Assembly: GCA_964518415.1 (NCBI GenBank)
Contig: CAZFGE010000001.1
Span: forward strand, 1-42,914
Direction: 5' to 3'
Source: an uncultured Muribaculaceae bacterium
GTDB lineage: Bacteria > Bacillota_I > Bacilli_A > RF39 > UBA660
Length of the DNA: 42,914 nucleotides
The position numbers and the translations under genes were made by a program. Under the pieces are notes generated by a model. That model did not search any database. It had not been told where the DNA came from and saw only the letters and a program-made list of their open reading frames with translations. This document shows positions 37,083 through 42,914 of this stretch, piece by piece (the stretch's first letter is position 1; each line of letters starts with the position of its first letter).

Positions 37083-37430
37083 ATGATTAATGCTTTAGTT
37101 TACTGTGGTGGAGTTGATATTCCAGACGTTATTCCTAACATGGTACATTTATTAATTTTAGGTATCCAAATCTTTATTCCAATCGTTTTAATCGTACTTG
37201 GTATGTTAGATATGGGTAAAGCTGTTATGAGTAATGATGAAAAAGTAATGAAAGAAAACCAAAATAAATTAATTAAAAGAATTATTTATGCAGTATTAGT
37301 TTTCTTAGTTGTTGCTATTGTTCGTACAGTAGTAGGCATGGTTACTAGTGTTGGTGGAGAAGATACTTTAGTTGATGACGGATCTATCAAAAACTGTATT
37401 CATGTATTTGTATCTGGAACAGGTAAATAA
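37083..37430 (+). CDS. VirB2/TrbC-like (pilin-like) small membrane protein
   Basis: 115 aa. Two hydrophobic helices flank a charged loop (IPIVLIVLGMLDMGKAVMSNDEK...LIKRIIYAVLVFLV). Strong RBS AGGAGG, its own terminator, and a position upstream of VirB6/B3/B4-like genes. Confidence 0.45.
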   Translation: MINALVYCGGVDIPDVIPNMVHLLILGIQIFIPIVLIVLGMLDMGKAVMSNDEKVMKENQNKLIKRIIYAVLVFLVVAIVRTVVGMVTSVGGEDTLVDDGSIKNCIHVFVSGTGK

Positions 37431-37450
37431 TTAATTATTAATATTTAAAA

Positions 37451-37485
37451 AACAATAATAATTATATTTATTATTGTTTTTTTTT
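37451..37485 (+). terminator. Rho-independent terminator after the VirB2-like gene
   Basis: Stem aacaataataa (37451-37461) / ttattattgtt (37468-37478), 6-nt loop, T-run 37479-37485. Confidence 0.75.
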
Positions 37486-37486
37486 A

Positions 37487-37495
37487 TGCTATAAT
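37487..37495 (+). promoter_or_regulatory. Extended -10 element immediately after the terminator
   Basis: TGcTATAAT at 37487-37495, 32 nt upstream of ATG 37527. Confidence 0.4.
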
Positions 37496-37526
37496 ATATG
37501 TGTGATAATGTAGATGGAGTGAGACT

Positions 37527-38504
37527 ATGAAAAAAACACTAAAATATATATTAATTACATCTATAATGATGTTTATTGGAATGAATAATGGATTGGCAGC
37601 TGATGTAGCTCATATGTGTAGATATTATCAATCAAACAATAAAGAATTGTTGGTTCTTACATATACAGAAGGCAATGCAGCTGATTCAACTTCTCAATTA
37701 AAAGATGTTCGTATTAACAAGGATAATAAATATACCGGTGAAAAGTGTCCTGAATTTTTAATGTTACAAACAAATGGTGTAAATACGATGTATGCATCAA
37801 CTAGTAAAGATAAATTAGAAAATCTTGCAAGTAAGTATAAGATTTCTAAAAATGATTATGAGATAATGAGTTTATATAGTATTGATGGTGTTGATGTATC
37901 TGTAAAAAAAATAGGCGATAAAGGTGGAAGCTTTGTACAAGTGTGTAAATATAATGATTTTACATTTTATGTGGATCATAACAGTAAACATGCTTGGGTC
38001 GAAAGTAAAAACTGTTATGGATATGCAGCAGAGTATAAGGCAAAATATGATTGGTTTTCAGATGGCTGTCCTGTAAATATATATAATGGATACACAGGAG
38101 GAAGTGAATGTATGTTTTCACTTTCATCAAGCTTTTGGACTACTTCTGAAAAGCAAATTCTATTAGAAGATAGTTATAAAAAACATAGTCCATCTGGTGA
38201 TTCAAATAATGATATCAATCTTTGTGATGATATATCTAATACAACTTCTCTTATAAAAAGTGCTTATAAAACTTTAAAATATTTAATTCCTGTTTTGATA
38301 ATAGTATTAAGTATTGTAGATTTTATAAAAGTTGTTGCAAATGGTGAAGACAAAGAATATAAAAATGCATGGAATAAATTTATTAAAAGAATTATTATTG
38401 GAATTGTTATTATATTAGTTCCAGTAATAATTGAAATGTTAATTGGACTTACAGGCTTATTTAATAATGGTGAGATTAACGAAATATTTTGTATTTTTAA
38501 ATAG
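37527..38504 (+). CDS. Secreted Cys-rich domain fused to a C-terminal VirB2-like two-helix module
   Basis: Signal peptide ...GLAADVA. An ectodomain of about 200 aa with about 8 Cys. The C-terminus LIPVLIIVLSIVDFIKVVANGEDKEYKNAWNKFIKRIIIGIVIILV aligns with the whole 115-aa protein. Confidence 0.5.
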   Translation: MKKTLKYILITSIMMFIGMNNGLAADVAHMCRYYQSNNKELLVLTYTEGNAADSTSQLKDVRINKDNKYTGEKCPEFLMLQTNGVNTMYASTSKDKLENLASKYKISKNDYEIMSLYSIDGVDVSVKKIGDKGGSFVQVCKYNDFTFYVDHNSKHAWVESKNCYGYAAEYKAKYDWFSDGCPVNIYNGYTGGSECMFSLSSSFWTTSEKQILLEDSYKKHSPSGDSNNDINLCDDISNTTSLIKSAYKTLKYLIPVLIIVLSIVDFIKVVANGEDKEYKNAWNKFIKRIIIGIVIILVPVIIEMLIGLTGLFNNGEINEIFCIFK

Positions 38505-38522
38505 AAAGGGGAGAATAAATAT

Positions 38523-40508
38523 ATGAAAACAAGCGTTGGTATTAATTTAGCTCGTTCTATATTTTCGGTTATTGATAAAGCAATATATTCACTTATTGCA
38601 GCTATATATAATATAATTGAAGAATTAGCTTCTAATGTATCTGTTTTTAATGAATCAACAATTGATGATTTTGCTAAAAGAATATATGTTTTTATCGGAA
38701 TTGTAATGGTTTTTAAAGTAACATTCTCTCTTATAAATTATTTGGTTAATCCAGATTCAATGAATGATAAAAATTCTGGAGTTGGAAATGTTGCTAAAAA
38801 TATTGTGATTACATTAGTACTATTAATAATTACTCCTTATGCATTTGACTTTTTATACAGAGCTCAAAATGCAATATTAAGTGATAATATTTTACCTCAA
38901 GTTATTCTTGGAACAAGTGATACTAAATCAGTTGGTCAAAAGTTTCAAATGGCTGAAGACTGTGAAGTCGTTGAGATAGATGATCCAGGACAATTTATGG
39001 CTCTAGTTGCACTTAGACCTTTTTATGGGGTTAATAAAGGTGCATCTATTGAGTCAATAAAGGATGAATATTGTAATGCTAATTATACTGCAAGTGATAT
39101 GTTAACAGAAAGTATTTATAATGCTGAGGATAATGACATGTATATTATTGATTATTCATTCTTTATGTCAACAGTGTCTGGTGTAATTGTACTTGTTTTA
39201 ATGTTAACAATAGGAATGGATATTGCACTTAGAATTATTAAACTAGGTTTCTTAGAAATAATTGCTCCAGTTCCTATAATTTCATACGTTGATCCTAAAT
39301 CTGGAAAAGATGGTATATTTAAAAAATGGTTAAAAGAAGTTATTAGAACATGGATAAGTTTATTCTTAAAACTTGCTGTATTATATTTTGCAATTTATAT
39401 AATAAAAGTTTTAGATGATGCTCTTGTTAATGTAAGTAATCATAATTATGATATGTGGATTTCATTATTCCTACTTATTGGAGCATTAATGTTCGCTAAA
39501 CAATTTACTAAATTAATTGAAGATATATTTGGAGTAAAATTAGATGGTATGGGCTTACATCCAATTAAGAAAATACAAGAACAAGCAATGTTTGGAAAAC
39601 AATTAACAAGTGCACCTGGTAAAATTGGAGCTGCTGCTATAGGTGGAACAGTTGCTGCAGCAGGTTTTGCAATTGGTAGAGGTTTAAAAATAAAAGATAT
39701 AAGACAAAATCAAAGACAATTTAATGATGAAACTAGAAGACTACAACAACTTAGAGGTAAAATGCTTGATACAAGATCAGTTATTAGCAATTTAACACAT
39801 TCAGGTGCTTCAGAGGAAACTATTCAAGGCTATAAAAATATTCTAAATAATCAAAAAAATGAATTTGCAGAATTAAACAAAACAAGACATGAAACTGCTG
39901 CTAATTTAGCTAAGGCTAAAGAAAAATATGAAAAATCAACTACTGATGAGGATGGAAATAAATATTTCAGTGCTTCTTTCCCTGGGTTAGCAGGAACAAT
40001 GCAAACTTTACGTGGAGTTAAGGAGGGTTTTTCAGCAAAAGATATTAAAGGCTTAAGCGGTGTAATAACTGCTGGAATTAACGCAGCTAAGGTAGCTACT
40101 AAACGTACAAATGATTTTGATAAATTTGGATATTTAGATAGACTAAAAGATTTAGGTACAGATATAACTGGTGTTAAAAATGAATCTGGTACTACAAGTA
40201 TTGTAAAAGAACATTTAAAACAACAAAAAGAAAGCTTAAGAGATATTGAAAGTGCTTTACGTGCTCAAGAAGTAAGATTTGGTAATCTTCCTGCTGGAAT
40301 GATTAAAATGGAGTCTGATGATAAAGGTAAACATAAATATGTAGTTGCTTCAAGTAATTCTGATGTTTGGAATAATAACCCTACAATTAGTAGAGACTCT
40401 ATTGTTTCTGAAGTAGAAAATTGGGAATCAATGCGTGAAGCTCAACGTAAGATTGAAAAATCTAACAAAGAATATGAAGATGTACTTGCAATAAATAAAG
40501 CAAAATAG
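38523..40508 (+). CDS. VirB6/TrbL-like polytopic membrane protein with a long C-terminal coiled-coil region
   Basis: 661 aa: about 6-7 TM helices in the first 340 aa, then a Gly/Ala-rich segment and a charged helical tail. Positioned between the VirB2-like and VirB3/VirB4-like genes. Confidence 0.45.
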   Translation: MKTSVGINLARSIFSVIDKAIYSLIAAIYNIIEELASNVSVFNESTIDDFAKRIYVFIGIVMVFKVTFSLINYLVNPDSMNDKNSGVGNVAKNIVITLVLLIITPYAFDFLYRAQNAILSDNILPQVILGTSDTKSVGQKFQMAEDCEVVEIDDPGQFMALVALRPFYGVNKGASIESIKDEYCNANYTASDMLTESIYNAEDNDMYIIDYSFFMSTVSGVIVLVLMLTIGMDIALRIIKLGFLEIIAPVPIISYVDPKSGKDGIFKKWLKEVIRTWISLFLKLAVLYFAIYIIKVLDDALVNVSNHNYDMWISLFLLIGALMFAKQFTKLIEDIFGVKLDGMGLHPIKKIQEQAMFGKQLTSAPGKIGAAAIGGTVAAAGFAIGRGLKIKDIRQNQRQFNDETRRLQQLRGKMLDTRSVISNLTHSGASEETIQGYKNILNNQKNEFAELNKTRHETAANLAKAKEKYEKSTTDEDGNKYFSASFPGLAGTMQTLRGVKEGFSAKDIKGLSGVITAGINAAKVATKRTNDFDKFGYLDRLKDLGTDITGVKNESGTTSIVKEHLKQQKESLRDIESALRAQEVRFGNLPAGMIKMESDDKGKHKYVVASSNSDVWNNNPTISRDSIVSEVENWESMREAQRKIEKSNKEYEDVLAINKAK

Positions 40509-40528
40509 AATAAAAAGAGGGTGAAAAT

Positions 40529-40855
40529 ATGAATAATAATATGTATTTGATACCGGCTAATAGTAAAAAATCAATGATGATATTTGGAATGTTTTATCCT
40601 TTTGATTTAATCCTATTTGGAACAGGATTATCAATATCTCTTCTTTTATTGATGATTCTTCCACTTGATAGCTTAGTAGTTAGTCTACTAGCTATCTCAC
40701 CAGGATTAATCACGGGACTTCTAGTATTCCCTTTACCAAATTATCACAATACTTTAACAGTATTAATTGATATATTTGATTTCTTTACTACTAGACAAAG
40801 ATATGTATGGAAAGGTTGGTGTGTGATGGATGAGCTCAAAAAAGATAAAGAGTAA
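40529..40855 (+). CDS. PrgI-family (VirB3-like) small membrane protein
   Basis: 108 aa with two TM helices. N-terminal IPANSKKSMMIFGMF...DL pattern. Immediately upstream of, and overlapping, the VirB4-like ORFs. Confidence 0.5.
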   Translation: MNNNMYLIPANSKKSMMIFGMFYPFDLILFGTGLSISLLLLMILPLDSLVVSLLAISPGLITGLLVFPLPNYHNTLTVLIDIFDFFTTRQRYVWKGWCVMDELKKDKE

Positions 40856-41381
40856 ATATACAAATGATGAGTTCGTTCCAGTAAAAAGTATTACAAATGG
40901 AATGATTATCTTAGATAATAATGACAAAGTAAGTGGAATTAAAATTATGCCAAGAAATATATTTATAGCTGATCAAGATACTCAAAATGCTATAATTGCT
41001 AATTTAAGAAATGTTTATAACATGATAGATTACGAATTTTGGATTATAGCAGCTGATAGACCAGTTGATATAAATGTATTCTTATCTCAATTACAACTTT
41101 TATATAATTCAGTGCAAGATCAAGCTAGAAAGAAACTAATTATGGAAGATATTAATAAAGCAAATATGTTTATGGATAATAATATTGTTGATACAGAATA
41201 TTTCTTATTATTTAAAGAAAGAAACAATGATGTAGTAATGAAAAGAATTAGAAATTTAATTAATTCATTTGCTAGCGCAGGTTTAAATTCACATCAAGTT
41301 ACAAATGATGATTTAAGAATCATCTTAGATAACTTCTTAAATGGTGGACAAACTACTACATTTGGTACGGTGATTGGCTAA
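40830..41381 (+). CDS. VirB4-like ATPase, detached N-terminal segment
   Basis: 183 aa. Resembles the first ~180 aa of Firmicute VirB4/PrgJ/CD1110-type ATPases (VPVKSITNGMIILDNNDKVSGIKIMP.N..). Joined to the next ORF by a TAATG overlap. Confidence 0.45.
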   Translation: MSSKKIKSKYTNDEFVPVKSITNGMIILDNNDKVSGIKIMPRNIFIADQDTQNAIIANLRNVYNMIDYEFWIIAADRPVDINVFLSQLQLLYNSVQDQARKKLIMEDINKANMFMDNNIVDTEYFLLFKERNNDVVMKRIRNLINSFASAGLNSHQVTNDDLRIILDNFLNGGQTTTFGTVIG

Positions 41382-42700
41382 TGGATATTAAATCACAAAT
41401 AGCTCCTAAGGGACTTGAATTTAAAGCTTCTCACTTTGTAATAAGTGATAAATATGCATGTATATTAACAGCAATAACTTATCCAAGATATATAGCTCCA
41501 GGATACTTATCTAGTTTAACTAGTATGTCTGGAATTAAAGTTGTAATTAAACATATTCCACTACCTTTTAGTGCAATTTCTAAAATGCTTAATAAAGAGA
41601 TAGCTGATTTAAAACAACGTTATCAAGAAGAACATGATAGAACTGCACAAGAACGTATTAGACAAAATTATGAATCACTAGAACAATTCATATCACAACT
41701 TGCTGCATCACAATCTAAAATATATGATTTTCAAATGCATATCATGATAACTGCTAATACAGAAGAAGAATTAAATCAAAAGAAATTCCAAGTTAAAAAC
41801 TATTTGGATGCTATGGAAATAAGAGCAATTCCACTTAGATTTGAACAAGAAAAAGTATTAAAATCTATTTTACCAATTTATGGTAAACAAGATATAGAAG
41901 ATAGAATAGGTACACCAATTCCTGCACCTACAATTGCAGCTATGTATCCATTTATATTTGATAGTATAAAAGATCCAGGATTATCTACACTTCTTGGTGT
42001 TGATTTCTCTGGTGGTGTTATTCTATTTAATCAATTCTTATATCAAATCAAAAAAGAACATAATAGAAATAATGCTAACTTAATTATTCTAGGTACATCT
42101 GGTAGTGGTAAATCTACTGCAGCTAAGATTTTACTTAGAACTCATATTAGAAATAATTGTCAACTTGTTCTAATTGATCCAGAAGGTGAGTTAGAAGAAA
42201 TGACAAATAGATACGGTGGAGATTTCATCGACCTTGGTAAAGGTGGAGAATTCGGTATGGTTAACCCATTAGAGGTTATAATAGATGCTGATGAAGATGA
42301 AATTGCTAATGGTTTAGGTTACACTGTATTAACACGTACTTTACAAAGCGTTAAAGCATTTATGAAATATTATGATCCTTCAATTGAAGAAGATGTTCTT
42401 AATATGTTTAGTGAAGTACTACAAGAAACATATAGAAGATTTGGTATTGACTTTAACACTGACTTTACAAAATTTACATCTAAAGATTATCCAACTTTCA
42501 AGGATGTTTATGCAACTATAAGAGGTCGTTTAACATCTATGACTGAGAAAACTCAAGAGAGAGATGTAATGGAGAGACTTGAATTAAAAGTTAGACCAAT
42601 TGTTAAAGAATTAAAATATTACTTTGATGGACATACAACAATATCTACATCAAGTAACTTTATAACAAAAAAAAAAAGAGAAATAATCAATTCTGAATAA
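41381..42700 (+). CDS. VirB4-like conjugation/T4SS ATPase, truncated after the Walker A region (likely non-functional)
   Basis: IAPKGLEF....ISDKYACILTAITYPRYIAPGYL entry motif, Walker A GTSGSGKST (42092-42118), LIDPEGE motif. The ORF stops at aa 439, before any Walker B (DEAW-type) or C-terminal domain. Confidence 0.65.
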   Translation: MDIKSQIAPKGLEFKASHFVISDKYACILTAITYPRYIAPGYLSSLTSMSGIKVVIKHIPLPFSAISKMLNKEIADLKQRYQEEHDRTAQERIRQNYESLEQFISQLAASQSKIYDFQMHIMITANTEEELNQKKFQVKNYLDAMEIRAIPLRFEQEKVLKSILPIYGKQDIEDRIGTPIPAPTIAAMYPFIFDSIKDPGLSTLLGVDFSGGVILFNQFLYQIKKEHNRNNANLIILGTSGSGKSTAAKILLRTHIRNNCQLVLIDPEGELEEMTNRYGGDFIDLGKGGEFGMVNPLEVIIDADEDEIANGLGYTVLTRTLQSVKAFMKYYDPSIEEDVLNMFSEVLQETYRRFGIDFNTDFTKFTSKDYPTFKDVYATIRGRLTSMTEKTQERDVMERLELKVRPIVKELKYYFDGHTTISTSSNFITKKKREIINSE

Positions 42701-42914
42701 AATAAGAATTCTGAATAAATAAACTATTTGTACTGTAAATCACACCACCATCACTTAAAGCATAATTTGATTTGAAAGTAGAATTGTCAATGTTTTGTTT
42801 GAAGTTGGAATAAATTACCCCACCATATGTTGCAGAATTATTTTCAAATATACAATTTTTCATTGAACCTTCAGCATTAAAATAAATTACTCCACCATGT
42901 TTTGCAGTATTATT
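42687..42914 (-). CDS. C-terminal end of a beta-helix (GGxIY / Pmp-like) repeat protein; the gene continues beyond the window
   Basis: My own reverse-strand translation is open from the window edge: NNTAKHGGVIYFNAEGSMKNCIFENNSATYGGVIYSNFKQNIDNSTFKSNYALSDGGVIYSTNSLFIQNSYFIQN*. The stop is at 42687-42689. Not in the ORF track because no start codon lies in the window. Confidence 0.6.
   Translation of the reverse strand, partial: NNTAKHGGVIYFNAEGSMKNCIFENNSATYGGVIYSNFKQNIDNSTFKSNYALSDGGVIYSTNSLFIQNSYFIQN

Noticed and set aside
42667-42677. The A11 homopolymer, considered as a reversible slipped-strand frameshift that would restore a full-length VirB4.
   Set aside because: All three frames reach stop codons within about 30 nt downstream, and a convergent gene occupies the following DNA. 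The missing half of virB4 is therefore not present.
1-42914. A scan for CRISPR arrays, tRNA or rRNA genes, riboswitch-sized leaders and known defence-system signatures.
   Set aside because: I saw no regularly spaced direct repeats and no cloverleaf-like or rRNA-like GC-rich segments. Intergenic regions are short (mostly under 150 nt) and are explained by promoters and terminators. No restriction-modification, Abi, toxin-antitoxin or nuclease/helicase gene combinations were recognisable.

Overview
Low-GC chromosomal segment from a spore-forming Firmicute, judged from a dacB-spmA-spmB operon and a BclA-like collagen protein. No rRNA, tRNA or CRISPR array is visible. Ordinary content: the tsaE-tsaB-rimI-tsaD operon; a NitT/TauT-type ABC importer (substrate-binding protein, ATPase, permease); a MarR-controlled heterodimeric ABC exporter pair; rluB; dinD; two lipoproteins; and a collagen-like glycoprotein module. 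Three things stand out. (1) The importer ATPase gene is cut in two, at 3446-3781 and 10747-11163, by a 6974-bp element. The element ends in a large serine recombinase gene, has 22-bp perfect terminal inverted repeats, and has an 8-bp AAGCAACT repeat at both junctions. Precise excision would rebuild an intact ATPase of about 247 aa. Its cargo is a SipW-like signal peptidase fused to a polytopic membrane domain, plus candidate substrate and adhesin proteins. (2) A co-directional block of about 17 kb (25438-42700) joins a Tad/Flp-like pilus module to a Gram-positive T4SS-like module. The Tad-like part has CpaB-like, CpaF/TadA-type ATPase, TadB/TadC-like and TadZ-like genes and three pilin-like genes sharing an M[KR]EA[SI]G leader. 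The T4SS-like part has a VirB2-like small membrane protein, a Cys-rich protein carrying the same module, and VirB6-like, PrgI/VirB3-like and VirB4-like genes. Large unassigned secreted or membrane proteins precede both modules. No relaxase, coupling protein, cell-wall hydrolase or prepilin peptidase is in the window. The VirB4-like gene is split and then truncated before Walker B, where it abuts a convergent beta-helix-repeat gene. (3) One of the two exporter genes is inactivated by what looks like a microhomology-mediated deletion. All family assignments come from motif recognition by eye and need profile searches.
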